Assembly: GCA_009785175.1 (NCBI GenBank) | Contig: WQWV01000002.1 | Location: 22,749 to 86,748 of the forward strand | Length of the DNA: 64,000 nucleotides | Direction of reading: 5' to 3' | From: Alphaproteobacteria bacterium | GTDB lineage: Bacteria; Pseudomonadota; Alphaproteobacteria; Rs-D84; CACZYB01 | Part shown: in pieces, positions 1-8,589 of the stretch | Position numbering within the stretch: position 1 is the stretch's first letter | Layout of the letters: every line of letters begins with the position of its first letter | Notes under the pieces: model-generated | What the model saw: only the letters and a program-made list of their open reading frames with translations | Databases searched by the model: none | What the model was told of the DNA's origin: nothing | Program-made: the position numbers and the translations under genes

Positions 1-411
1 CATGGCCACATAGCCGCCGGTGATTGCCGCGGTGCGCGTTCCCCCGTCCGCTTGCAATACATCGCAGTCTATGAATATTTGCCGCTCGCCCATGGCTTTC
101 AAATTCACTACACTACGTAGAGAGCGGCCGATAAGGCGCGAGATTTCGACCGTGCGGCCGTTGGGGTGAATCTTGGTATGATCGCGGTCGGTGCGTGTTT
201 GCGTCGCGCGCGGCAACATAGAATATTCCGCGGTTATCCAGCCGCTACCGGAATTACGCAAAAACGGCGGAACCTTGTTCTCGATCGTCGCGGTGCAAAG
301 AACTTTCGTATCGCCGAAGCTTATCAAACAGCTGCCCTCGGCATACTTGTTCACGCCCGTGATTATCGAGATTGTCCGCGTTGCGTCGTGTTTCCGATTG
401 TTCGCGCGCAT
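1..411 (-). CDS. rph: ribonuclease PH (N-terminal 137 aa; C-terminal part lies beyond window start)
   Basis: Reverse-strand translation [44 protein letters not shown]...[19 protein letters not shown] matches RNase PH family blocks; AAGGAG 7 nt upstream of ATG at 411. Confidence 0.85.
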   Translation of the reverse strand, partial: MRANNRKHDATRTISIITGVNKYAEGSCLISFGDTKVLCTATIENKVPPFLRNSGSGWITAEYSMLPRATQTRTDRDHTKIHPNGRTVEISRLIGRSLRSVVNLKAMGERQIFIDCDVLQADGGTRTAAITGGYVAM

Positions 412-420
412 TTTCGCTCC

Positions 421-449
421 TTGACTTAAGATGGTTTTTACGGTATCAT
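421..449 (+). promoter_or_regulatory. sigma70-like promoter TTGACT-N17-TATCAT upstream of zapB-like gene
   Basis: TTGACT 421-426, TATCAT 444-449, 17-nt spacer; places TSS downstream of the ATG at 431, favouring GTG 479 as start. Confidence 0.4.
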
Positions 450-478
450 TTTACATTGGGATTTACAAAAAGGCAAGA

Positions 479-700
479 GTGAAACAAAGTCTTGAAAATT
501 CGGTAATCGAGCTTGTCGGCGCAATATCAAAACTCGAGGCGGCGGCGGGAGCTTTACGCGCGGATTCGGGGCGGCGCGAGCTTGAAATAGAAGAGCTCAA
601 AGGCGAAATCGCCCGACTTAATTCCGATGCGTTCAAAATGGGAGAAAAAATCGAGCTGGCGCGCGCAAAACTTGCCGAGCTGAAGGCCGAGGTAGCATGA
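479..700 (+). CDS. zapB: coiled-coil cell division protein, ZapB-like (GTG start; alternative ATG at 431)
   Basis: 74-aa coiled coil VKQSLENSVIELVGAISKLEAA... resembles ZapB MSLEVFEKLEAKVQ; stop overlaps zapA start (ATGA). Confidence 0.55.
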   Translation: MKQSLENSVIELVGAISKLEAAAGALRADSGRRELEIEELKGEIARLNSDAFKMGEKIELARAKLAELKAEVA

Positions 701-1029
701 GCCGCGTAGATTTTTCCATCAACGGCAAGCCCTATTCCGTCGACTGTCCGATGGGGCAAGAAGCCTATATCCAAAGCCTTGCCACAATCATAAACACCAA
801 GGTCGGCAACCTTGCTATGTCGTTTCGCGAAGCGGACCAGGAAACTTTGATCCTGATGGCGGCGATTTTAACGACCGGCGAGCTTGAAAAAATAAAGTTC
901 CGCAAAGACGAGCTTGAGAACCAGCGCGCTAAGTTCACCGAAAATTCCGCGCTCGAGGACGAGCTTGCCGCAACAATTTCCGATTTGGCGGCCAAGGTCA
1001 AATCCATCGCGCTTAAACTTGAATCATAA
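697..1029 (+). CDS. zapA: cell division protein ZapA
   Basis: 110 aa MSRVDFSINGKPYSVDCPMGQEAYIQSLA... similar in length and pattern to ZapA; translationally coupled to zapB. Confidence 0.7.
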   Translation: MSRVDFSINGKPYSVDCPMGQEAYIQSLATIINTKVGNLAMSFREADQETLILMAAILTTGELEKIKFRKDELENQRAKFTENSALEDELAATISDLAAKVKSIALKLES

Positions 1030-1038
1030 GGGGGAGCA

Positions 1039-1974
1039 ATGGCCAAAAAATCACGGCGCGAGGTGCCGATAGAAGTCTATCCCGAACCGACGGCAACGTA
1101 TGTAGCGCCCGCGGCGCCCTCTTCCGGCGGAGGGTTTTTCGTGAAATTCTTGGCGGTGATTTTATTCATGCTGGCCGGAGCAGGCCTATTCTATCTATAC
1201 ACCGAAAACGTGAAAACCAACATGAGGTTCGAGGCGTTAAGCGGCGGCGTTTCCGGCAACGAGGCGCTTGACAAGTATCTTGAAAAAATCGCGACGCTTA
1301 GACAGCTTGACGTCGAGGAGCAGGTAAAATCGCTTGGCGCGAAACTCGAAGGACAGCTTGATGCGGCGCGACGGAATTTCGTGGCACGCTCGGACATGGA
1401 AACGCTCTCTAGGCGCGTGGACGGAGTCGAGGAATACAACCGCGCTCATAGCGGTAAAAGCATGGCCGTATTATCCCTTGCCGCAACGATACAAAACAAT
1501 GCCAGAATGGGAATCAACTATGGCCAGCAGCTAAGAATGCTTGTCTCTTTGACCAAGGGCGACGCGGCGTTCGAGGAGGACATCGCTACACTTATGTCGT
1601 TTGAAAACGCGGCGATTTCGGATATAGAAATGGCGCGGAGGATCGAGATAGGCGCGGCGGAAATCGTGCTTGAGGCCAAACGAGCTTCGGGTGAAATCAG
1701 CACATGGTATGGCGAGATATTCGCGCGCTTCAAAAACCTTATCAAAATCCGATCGCTTAGGGGTTGGAGCAACGACGGCATAGAAGGCGCCGTCAACTTC
1801 GCCGTGATCGCCGCCTATGCCGGGGATTTCGCGGGCGCGTTGGCCGCGCTTGAGGGGGCGGGTGCGAAGGGGTCGATCGTAGGCGACCTTGCAATAAAAG
1901 TCGCTATGAATGCCGCCGCGACCCGAATTTTCGATACCGCATCCGCACGCGCGATCGCAACGCTTAACAAATAG
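1039..1974 (+). CDS. hypothetical membrane-anchored protein (one N-terminal TM helix, coiled-coil/periplasmic remainder)
   Basis: 311-aa ORF, hydrophobic segment FLAVILFMLAGAGLFYLY, SD GGGGGAG upstream. Confidence 0.5.
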   Translation: MAKKSRREVPIEVYPEPTATYVAPAAPSSGGGFFVKFLAVILFMLAGAGLFYLYTENVKTNMRFEALSGGVSGNEALDKYLEKIATLRQLDVEEQVKSLGAKLEGQLDAARRNFVARSDMETLSRRVDGVEEYNRAHSGKSMAVLSLAATIQNNARMGINYGQQLRMLVSLTKGDAAFEEDIATLMSFENAAISDIEMARRIEIGAAEIVLEAKRASGEISTWYGEIFARFKNLIKIRSLRGWSNDGIEGAVNFAVIAAYAGDFAGALAALEGAGAKGSIVGDLAIKVAMNAAATRIFDTASARAIATLNK

Positions 1975-1983
1975 GAGGCACAA

Positions 1984-2220
1984 ATGGTTATTCGGTTCTT
2001 GAGATTTTTAATGGCGCTGGCGCTTATCTTGGTCGCCGGTTTCAGCCTATGGATTTTAACCCTCGGACGCGTGGTGATGGTGTTCGCGGGATACGAAATC
2101 GTAGCAAACCCCCTTGTCGCAATGCTGCTTTTTTGTGGTGTAGCGTGGGTGCTTGAACGCATATACCGCATCGTGTTCGCTATTATCAGCGGCCTTATCG
2201 GCAAGGAGAAGAAAGCGTAA
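1984..2220 (+). CDS. small integral membrane protein (2-3 TM helices), hypothetical
   Basis: 78-aa ORF entirely hydrophobic helices, AGGAGG SD 8 nt upstream. Confidence 0.45.
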   Translation: MVIRFLRFLMALALILVAGFSLWILTLGRVVMVFAGYEIVANPLVAMLLFCGVAWVLERIYRIVFAIISGLIGKEKKA

Positions 2221-2256
2221 TCCAAGCGAGCCCAAGGCGAGAACCGCCCGCACAAA

Positions 2257-2279
2257 CGCCAACTGCTCTTGGCGTTTTG
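2257..2279 (+). terminator. rho-independent terminator-like hairpin CGCCAA-ctgctc-TTGGCG + T run (member of GCCAA-hairpin repeat family)
   Basis: perfect 6-bp stem followed by TTTTGG, 37 nt after stop of 1984..2220. Confidence 0.5.
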
Positions 2280-2478
2280 GGGCAGATTAAACCTGTGTTA
2301 TTTAAGCGAAGCGCGCCCCGCCCCCTATCGCGCTTTGCGAGAAAAGCTATAAATACAACTATACGGGACCCCGGTTCGCTACGTCCGCCTTTGGCGTGCC
2401 TAGCTTACCTTCCCGTAGAGTTGTATTTGGATTGTGCTTACACTTGCTCATAAATCGAATTCATGATATAATTTCCGA

Positions 2479-3381
2479 ATGGTGAAAAAGGACTTCCTTA
2501 AATCGGCGGCGGGAAAAATAAAGCGGAAGTATGACCGCGCGTTGGCATACGTCGCACTTACCATAATGGGCATAACCGGCTGTGGATTTTTGGCCAAGAA
2601 CATCGAGGCTTCGGATTTCGTAAACATGCCGCAGGCCGCCCTTACCTGGACCCCTAAACCAAGCAGGCTTGTAAACATAACTATGGCCGATGCGGCATAC
2701 ATTGACGACGCGAATTTCCTTAAGAGCCAGATCGACAAGATGGACGCCGCGGCGCCGCATGTGATACGGCAACTTCTGGGATTCGGCACTACATTCAAAA
2801 TTCTTTCCAACGAGCCGAGATATTATGGCTACAACATGTTCATAGACTTCGCGTTCCCGGATACGCTATATATCATGCGCTCGACTATTCAGAATGTTCG
2901 GAACGGGCAGAGGGGGGAGTTATCATTCTGGAAAGACATAGCGCACGAAGCCCAGCACTTCGCCCAGATCGAGGGAAGAATGTTCAATCACTTCGCCAAC
3001 ATGACTCAAGAGGAGAGCAAGATAGCCTTCACATTCCTCGAGCTTGACGCGCAGGTCAAGGGCTTGATGAATTTCGACCTTAGGAAATACAGAAGCGTCG
3101 GCGCGCGAGATCGCGCCCTTAGGCAGCAGATAGACCAATTCCGCGATAATATAGCAAGGATAAAAAGAGCGGAGAGGAACAGGTTCGGCAGCGCGGAAGG
3201 GGTAGGCTTTGTCGACGATACGCGCCTTCTTAATTTTATGCGAGGGGCGGCGGTGCTTGGCGATCCAAGGATTGCGGGATATTCGGACGCGGCGCTTGCC
3301 TATGTCCTTGCGGTTATAAAAGCTATGGACAGCGGCGAGCGTTCGGTTGCTCGAGCCCAGACGGTTCAGGCGACAAGGTAG
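2479..3381 (+). CDS. hypothetical lipoprotein/membrane-anchored protein with HEXXH motif (putative zincin-like metallopeptidase)
   Basis: 300 aa; N-terminal hydrophobic LTIMGITGCGF (lipobox-like); IAHEAQHFAQ contains HExxH. Confidence 0.45.
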   Translation: MVKKDFLKSAAGKIKRKYDRALAYVALTIMGITGCGFLAKNIEASDFVNMPQAALTWTPKPSRLVNITMADAAYIDDANFLKSQIDKMDAAAPHVIRQLLGFGTTFKILSNEPRYYGYNMFIDFAFPDTLYIMRSTIQNVRNGQRGELSFWKDIAHEAQHFAQIEGRMFNHFANMTQEESKIAFTFLELDAQVKGLMNFDLRKYRSVGARDRALRQQIDQFRDNIARIKRAERNRFGSAEGVGFVDDTRLLNFMRGAAVLGDPRIAGYSDAALAYVLAVIKAMDSGERSVARAQTVQATR

Positions 3382-3403
3382 TATAAATAACTAAGAATAA
3401 ACC

Positions 3404-3590
3404 CAAATCCCCTCCGGTGGACAGCTCGAGGCAACGAGAGCGCCGGTTCCGTTGTAAAGATTTCAAGCTACGCGTTCACGCGCGCACGCACAGCGTGGGG
3501 GCGGCGTGGTGCGCGCAGCTCTTCGAGCTGGAGAACACAATGTATAAAAAGATTTGTGCGTAGGCGGGATCGCCAAATCGTTGGCGTTTG
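3404..3590. repeat. composite intergenic mosaic repeat (R2 core GGACAGCTCGAGGCAACGAGAGCG + R3 hairpin with loop CAGCGTGGGGGCGGCG + 57-bp unit + GCCAA hairpin); second copy at 37503-37790
   Basis: 57-mer gcgcgcagctcttcgagctggagaacacaatgtataaaaagatttgtgcgtaggcgg is identical at 3511-3567 and 37700-37756; R2 core shared at 3417-3442, 37515-37540, 26268-26290. Confidence 0.85.
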
Positions 3591-3625
3591 TGTGGGCGAT
3601 GGGAGCGGGAGGCTCGCAGGGGATA

Positions 3626-4369
3626 TCAATCCAATGCGGCGTGAAGATCGCCCCAGGCGTCTTTCCTTAGCGACGTGTCCTTTACCATAGCGGATAGTGA
3701 AAACGTTGTGTGAATCGGAATGCCATTCATTATCGGTTTTTCGGCACGCCAGATGGCAACGGAATCGCCCCGGGCGAATAAAATATTCGGGGCGGCGGAG
3801 CCTAGTGCCAAGATTGCCTTAGGCTTTATCAATTCTATTATGCGGGCAAGAATCGGGGCAAGGAATTTCATCTCGGGCGCGGTTAATGCGCGGCGGCCGG
3901 GCGTGATAAATGCGCTTGCCGGAATCGCGTGGACTTCGGCTTCGCTTAGACCCGCTTTCGCAAGCATGGATTTCAATAGCGCGCCCTCGGCACCATCGGA
4001 GAATGCCGCGCCGGATTTGTCGTCTTCTATGGTAGGCAATTCTGAAATGATAAGTAATTTCGGGGCGGCCGCGGCGCCAAAACCCTTTACTATGGTGGTT
4101 GCGAATTTGGCGAGCGGGCAATCGGAAAACGCAGCGAGTTTTTCGTATAGTTCATCAAGCGTGTTTGCTGTGGCTGAGATGCTTGCTGCCTGTTCGACAA
4201 TATCGTCGGTGGAAAGTAGCGGAGTGTCGGAGGTTGCCTCGACCGGCGCAAATGCAGGCGCTTTATTTGACGTGGCAAGCCGAGCCGGCGAGTCAGAAAA
4301 TTCGTATTCCTCGCCCGCGTCCAAAAGGAAGCGTAGCGTTGTCATCGCGTCGGCGGCGGAGTTTTGCAT
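3626..4369 (-). CDS. uracil-DNA glycosylase superfamily protein (family-4-like fold, catalytic GEAPG/Fe-S Cys motifs not conserved), N-terminal low-complexity extension
   Basis: C-terminal 130 aa align block-wise with family 4 UDG (…GAEGALL…KPKAILALG…GIPIHTTFSLSAM…AWGDL), but GEAPG is SELPT and CRPP is absent; start chosen at MQNSAAD (4369), the longer ORF reaches 4456. Confidence 0.55.
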   Translation of the reverse strand: MQNSAADAMTTLRFLLDAGEEYEFSDSPARLATSNKAPAFAPVEATSDTPLLSTDDIVEQAASISATANTLDELYEKLAAFSDCPLAKFATTIVKGFGAAAAPKLLIISELPTIEDDKSGAAFSDGAEGALLKSMLAKAGLSEAEVHAIPASAFITPGRRALTAPEMKFLAPILARIIELIKPKAILALGSAAPNILFARGDSVAIWRAEKPIMNGIPIHTTFSLSAMVKDTSLRKDAWGDLHAALD

Positions 4370-4414
4370 GGAGATATTATAATATAAGGATTTGGGAATG
4401 CAAGGAGAGAGCAA

Positions 4415-4500
4415 GCCATGAACGCCGAGCTGGCGGCGACGCACTTGTGCGCGCATGCCTGCGTGGGGGCGGCGGTCATGCGCGAAGCGAGCAAGCTCGC
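4415..4500. repeat. R3 structured repeat copy (5' arm AACGCCGAGCTGGCGG + hairpin CGCGCATG/CATGCGCG with loop CCTGCGTGGGGGCGGCGGT)
   Basis: conserved loop shared with copies at 3480, 9086(rc), 32623, 46736, 61501; stem sequence differs but remains complementary. Confidence 0.8.
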
Positions 4501-4567
4501 TGGAAAGCTTATATATACTTCACTGGATACTGCGATCAAGTCGCAGTATGACTGGAAGGGTATGAAA

Positions 4568-5245
4568 TTACTTACACCCCATCTCGTCGGCGCGGCCGGC
4601 GGCGAAGGATTTATATTCGGCGCTTGGCGCTGATTCGACCACTGTAAGCAGAGCTTTGCACGCTTCGGCCTCCATGCCCAATTCCGAGAAAGAAAGGCCC
4701 ATATAGAGGAGATTTTCATAGAATTCCTCGTCGCGGGTATCGCCCTTGGCCTTGATATTGTCGGCAAACGCTATCACCGCGCCCTCGAAATCGCTGTTGT
4801 CGAAAAGGGAGAGAGCGTATTCGAACGAAGCTTCTTCATCCTCGGCGGCGATGGCCGGCACTATGGGTTTGGGAGCGGGCGCTATGGCCGAAGGGGCGGC
4901 GGGCGGCGCAACGGGTTTAACGGGCTCGGGCCTGGCTGCTATGGGCGCGGGCGCTGGGCGGTTTCTTAAATCTTCCATCTGCTTCCTGAGCTCGGCGTTT
5001 TGGCGACGAAGGCCCTCGACCTCGGCATTGGCGTCGGTGATCTGAAGCTGAAGATCCTTCGTCTGGCGCTCGGATTGGGTGCGAAGATTGCGAAGTTCGA
5101 AATTCGAGCGCTCGAGCTCGTCGGTCATACGGGCGATCGATTGTTCGTATGCGTCCATGCGCTCGACAAGGCTATTTATGGCCGGATTGGCGGACGCAGC
5201 GGCGGCGGTGAAAAATGCTACTATGAATACGGCTAGTTTTCTCAT
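4568..5245 (-). CDS. periplasmic coiled-coil/TPR protein, CpoB(YbgF)-like
   Basis: signal peptide MRKLAVFIVAFFTAAAASA, heptad coiled coil, Pro/Ala linker, C-terminal TPR-like block; architecture of CpoB. Confidence 0.5.
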   Translation of the reverse strand: MRKLAVFIVAFFTAAAASANPAINSLVERMDAYEQSIARMTDELERSNFELRNLRTQSERQTKDLQLQITDANAEVEGLRRQNAELRKQMEDLRNRPAPAPIAARPEPVKPVAPPAAPSAIAPAPKPIVPAIAAEDEEASFEYALSLFDNSDFEGAVIAFADNIKAKGDTRDEEFYENLLYMGLSFSELGMEAEACKALLTVVESAPSAEYKSFAAGRADEMGCK

Positions 5246-5361
5246 GTTTTCCCTCTGGCGCCATAATATAGGATGGAAATTTTTTAATCAATAGGAATTT
5301 TTTACTTGACAAAATATTATAATATGATAGATTATGTCCAGGTAAAACAAGCGAGGTAAAT

Positions 5362-5979
5362 ATGTATGTCCCACGCGATGTAATATACTACTCGAAAATC
5401 GAAGCCGTCCCCTCAAACACAGAGGGCACCAAATCCGGCCCCACTAAAATTATCAGCTCGCGAGAAGTCGTAAAAAGTGTTCTTGAATATGAAAACCGTA
5501 AAGAATATATAACTTTGGACAACAACTGTATACCCTCGATCGGAATCCCCGGCGAGTTGGCTTTCGAAGGGGTGAAAAACGAGATCGCGCCCGACGAAGC
5601 TCTTCACATCGTCGTTGCGACAATAAAAGAAATCACAAAGCAGTATGCCAAGATCGTTCCGACCATTTTCAGGAGGGGCAAATACTGCTCGTTCGATTCG
5701 GTGCAACGTCGGAAAATGGATAATGAATACAGTCAGTTCATAAACGCCGCGGACGTCCTTATCGCGCTTATGGGCGAAGTGGATTTCGTCGAGATGGAAG
5801 ATTCCAAACTTCCGCTTGGCCGTGAACGCGGGCGGCACAACGTCCTTTATATGGCGAAAATGCTACGCGACAAAGCGGCGCTTGCGCGGGCGGGGGAAAT
5901 AGTGGTCAACACCGAGGCGGCGTATTGGGAACGGCTGGCGCAATTAAAGCAGGAACAGGTGCAATTGGTCATGGGTTAG
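5362..5979 (+). CDS. hypothetical protein (205 aa), AT-rich promoter region upstream
   Basis: ORF with AGGTAAA SD; TTGACA at 5308 upstream; no recognisable motif. Confidence 0.45.
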   Translation: MYVPRDVIYYSKIEAVPSNTEGTKSGPTKIISSREVVKSVLEYENRKEYITLDNNCIPSIGIPGELAFEGVKNEIAPDEALHIVVATIKEITKQYAKIVPTIFRRGKYCSFDSVQRRKMDNEYSQFINAADVLIALMGEVDFVEMEDSKLPLGRERGRHNVLYMAKMLRDKAALARAGEIVVNTEAAYWERLAQLKQEQVQLVMG

Positions 5980-5980
5980 T

Positions 5981-7063
5981 TTAGTCGGCGGTAGGCTCGC
6001 CTTCGGGCTTTTTCTTTTCCTTGATCATGCGGCGCAGCATAGCCGTTTGCTTTAGGAAATCCGCCACCGGTTGCGCGGGATAGCCCGACACGATTTCGCC
6101 ATCATTTAGATTCTGTATCACGCCAGCACCGGCACCGACCTGAACCCTATCGCCAAGCGTAAGGTGGCCGTTGATTCCGGCCTTGGGCCCGATAAGGCTC
6201 CAATCGCCGATCGTGGTCGAGCCCGCGATGCCAGCCATCGCCGCTACGATACAATTCTCGCCGAGCTTACAATTATGCCCTATCATAACAAGGCTATCGA
6301 TTTTCGTGCCGCGGCCGATCACCGTGTCGCCCTGTGCGCCCCTATCGACCACAGAGTTAGCACCGATCCACACGTCGTCCTCGAGTATAGTCTGGCCGAT
6401 TTGAGGGACCCATTGGTGGCCCATCGCGTTGGTGTGCCAGCCGAAGCTGTCGCCCCCGATGTTCGCGCCTTCGCCGATATGCACGCGCTTGCCAAGCGTG
6501 GCGTGCGAGATGACCGCGTTTTCAAGAATGTCGCAGTCGTCGCCGATTTCTACGCCGGCCTTGATTTTCGCGCCGCTTGCGATGAACACGCGCGCGCCGA
6601 TTTTTGCGCCCTCGCCAATGGACGCGAAGTCGTCGATGTGCACGGACGATTTATCCTTGAATGTCGCGGTCGGGTCGACGAAGGCCATTTCGGATATGCC
6701 GTTTATCTCGCGCGATTTGTCGCGATAGAAAAAGTTGCTAAGCTGTATGAATGCGCCCTTCGGGTCGAAGGTGATTAGCTTCGCGACGCCCTCGGGTATC
6801 AATTCCGCGTCGTTTGGAGCGACAAAACACGCGGCGGCTTTTAAGTTTTTAAGCAGCGCTTTGAATTTTTCCGTGCGCGCGATTAGGTCAGAGGCGCTGC
6901 CGGCGCTTGAAAAAAAGCAAACCGAATTCTCGTCCGCGTCTTCTAGCCCCGAAAGTTTCGTTATCGTGCGGCCGCCGTCGCCTTCGAGTTCCGCGCCAAT
7001 CATGTCGGAGATTTCGGCAAGGCTTATGCCGTCGGATACGTTGTAAAATCTTGATAATGTCAT
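5981..7063 (-). CDS. lpxD: UDP-3-O-(3-hydroxyacyl)glucosamine N-acyltransferase
   Basis: 360 aa with long left-handed beta-helix hexapeptide repeats (…IGDDCDILENAVISHATLGKRVHIGEGANIGGDSFG…) and LpxD-type N-terminal domain. Confidence 0.85.
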   Translation of the reverse strand: MTLSRFYNVSDGISLAEISDMIGAELEGDGGRTITKLSGLEDADENSVCFFSSAGSASDLIARTEKFKALLKNLKAAACFVAPNDAELIPEGVAKLITFDPKGAFIQLSNFFYRDKSREINGISEMAFVDPTATFKDKSSVHIDDFASIGEGAKIGARVFIASGAKIKAGVEIGDDCDILENAVISHATLGKRVHIGEGANIGGDSFGWHTNAMGHQWVPQIGQTILEDDVWIGANSVVDRGAQGDTVIGRGTKIDSLVMIGHNCKLGENCIVAAMAGIAGSTTIGDWSLIGPKAGINGHLTLGDRVQVGAGAGVIQNLNDGEIVSGYPAQPVADFLKQTAMLRRMIKEKKKPEGEPTAD

Positions 7064-7154
7064 ATCGCTATTGTAGCGGGATTTTGGGGCGGAGTCAAGG
7101 GAATGCTTGACTTATCATGTATTGTTATTATAATTGCCAGTGAAAGGAAATATT

Positions 7155-7853
7155 ATGAAACTTGCCATCAATCCCGAGATTTTCGCAAAGTATGCGCCGA
7201 TAAGGATTGGCGTTTTGGTTTTAGAAAATATAAACAACTCGTCCGATGTAGGCGCGTTTTTCGATGCGGAATATGCCGCGCTCGAGGAGGGTATCGCCGC
7301 AAAATTCGAGGGCGTGGAATTGGCGTCCTATCCGGTCGTGCGCCGCTGGCGCGAGATATACAAATCCTTCGGCGAGAAGGACGCGCGCTCGTCCATCGAG
7401 GCGCTTATCAAACGCGTGAAAAACGGCAAGGGGCTTTATCGCGTCAACCCGCTTGTCGACGTGTATAATTTGGCTTCGTTGAAATTCGAAATGCCGGCTG
7501 GCGGGGAAAATGTCGCGGCGATCGGCGGCGATATGGAGCTTACTTTCGCGGACGGCTCGGAGAAATTTTTGCCTATCGGAGCGACGGATACGGAAACGCC
7601 CAACGTCGGCGAAGTCGTTTACAAATTCGGCTCGACGATCGTATGTCGGAATTTTAATTACCGCGAGTCGGACATCACCAAGTTGACGGCGGATACAACG
7701 CGCGCGATCATAGTGTTCGAGGATGCGCTTGTAGAGGACGGGCGGTTGTCGGAAGCGCTTGCCTATATGGGCGAGAAGGCGGCGGAATTGCTTGGCGCGA
7801 AGGTCGTGCGTAGTGCGGTGCTTTCGGCCGATGCGAATGAAGTAGAGATTTAG
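7155..7853 (+). CDS. B3/4 domain protein (PheT B3/B4-like tRNA-binding domain, stand-alone)
   Basis: 232 aa; AAGGA 8 nt upstream of ATG 7155; sequence pattern of DUF B3/4 family (…YRVNPLVDVYNLASLKFEMPAGGENV…). Confidence 0.55.
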   Translation: MKLAINPEIFAKYAPIRIGVLVLENINNSSDVGAFFDAEYAALEEGIAAKFEGVELASYPVVRRWREIYKSFGEKDARSSIEALIKRVKNGKGLYRVNPLVDVYNLASLKFEMPAGGENVAAIGGDMELTFADGSEKFLPIGATDTETPNVGEVVYKFGSTIVCRNFNYRESDITKLTADTTRAIIVFEDALVEDGRLSEALAYMGEKAAELLGAKVVRSAVLSADANEVEI

Positions 7854-7860
7854 CTTATAC

Positions 7861-7896
7861 GACTGGATTCCGGCTCGGGGCCGGAATGACCATGAC
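7861..7896. repeat. R1 hairpin repeat copy (ACTGGATTCCGG-ctcggg-GCCGGAATGAC variant)
   Basis: member of family ACTGGATWCCGGKTCRAGCCCGGHATGAC found 6 times in window. Confidence 0.8.
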
Positions 7897-7900
7897 ATAA

Positions 7901-8380
7901 CTACTTGCCGGAGTTTTTTCCCTTGAATTTGGAGAGAATAGCCTTGTCGGATTCCTTTTTATCCTTCAATTCTTCCTTTTCACACTTGGCGATGGCTGCG
8001 GCATGTGGCTTTTTGCCATAGCAGATTCTTTTTTCGCCGATAAAAACTCCATCTTCTATTATAAGCAATTTTTCGTTGCCAAGAGATATTTCAAACTTGT
8101 GGAAGCACTCACTATTCTTAGGGTCGCTGATTAGGCGAATATCGGATTTTTTAATGCGTTTGACAATTTCGTCCGAAATTTTCCTGTTCGTTCTGCTATC
8201 GGCATCAAGTTTTAGGGTTTCAAGCCATGATTCACTATCTTCATCGGCATTAAGAATGTCTTCTATCTTGTATGATATTTTTTGCGATGTCCACTTCGCG
8301 AACGGGGAAACCTTGAACCCGACGCGCAATACGTGCATGCCGCCCCTAAAGATGCTTTTAACGCTGTTTCTTATGACCAT
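7901..8380 (-). CDS. hypothetical protein (159 aa), GC-poor, downstream of poly-G promoter
   Basis: ORF with AAAAAGGAGAAAATC-ATG SD; lower GC than neighbours. Confidence 0.5.
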   Translation of the reverse strand: MVIRNSVKSIFRGGMHVLRVGFKVSPFAKWTSQKISYKIEDILNADEDSESWLETLKLDADSRTNRKISDEIVKRIKKSDIRLISDPKNSECFHKFEISLGNEKLLIIEDGVFIGEKRICYGKKPHAAAIAKCEKEELKDKKESDKAILSKFKGKNSGK

Positions 8381-8409
8381 GATTTTCTCCTTTTTGGCTA
8401 TGATTTCCT

Positions 8410-8436
8410 ATTCTACCCCCCCCCGTCGTTTGTCAA
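8410..8436 (-). promoter_or_regulatory. TTGACA-[aacgac+G9]-TAGAAT promoter with homopolymeric G9 tract (C9 on + strand 8416-8424) in 15-nt spacer
   Basis: read on minus strand: cTTGACAaacgacgggggggggTAGAATaggaaatcatagccaaaaaggagaaaatcATG. Confidence 0.55.
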
Positions 8437-8589
8437 GTATTTTAACTATCTGCAGTCGACGGTAGAACTTGTGGGACGAAAATAAAGAGCGGACAATCGC
8501 ACGTCCGGGCAAGCACGAACTTGTGAGTGCCAACGCCCGGGTGGGGCGTGCGTTGGCCGCCTGGCGGCGCGCATACAAATATACGTTAT

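Noticed and set aside
463-1046. Reverse-strand ORFs 463-774 and 765-1046 overlapping zapB/zapA
   Set aside because: Shadow ORFs on the opposite strand of better-supported genes. Low-complexity Ala/Ser-rich translations typical of GC-rich antisense frames.
4418-4633. 71-aa ORF MNAELAATHLCAHACVGAAV…
   Set aside because: It is the translation of an R3 repeat copy. Its reading frame is not conserved in the other copies.
6164-6778. 204-aa forward ORF inside lpxD, and similar long antisense ORFs inside nrdD (62066-63622), ruvC/aspS (8635-9516) and others
   Set aside because: They lie fully within strong homologous genes on the other strand. No ribosome-binding site and biased composition. Treated as non-coding.
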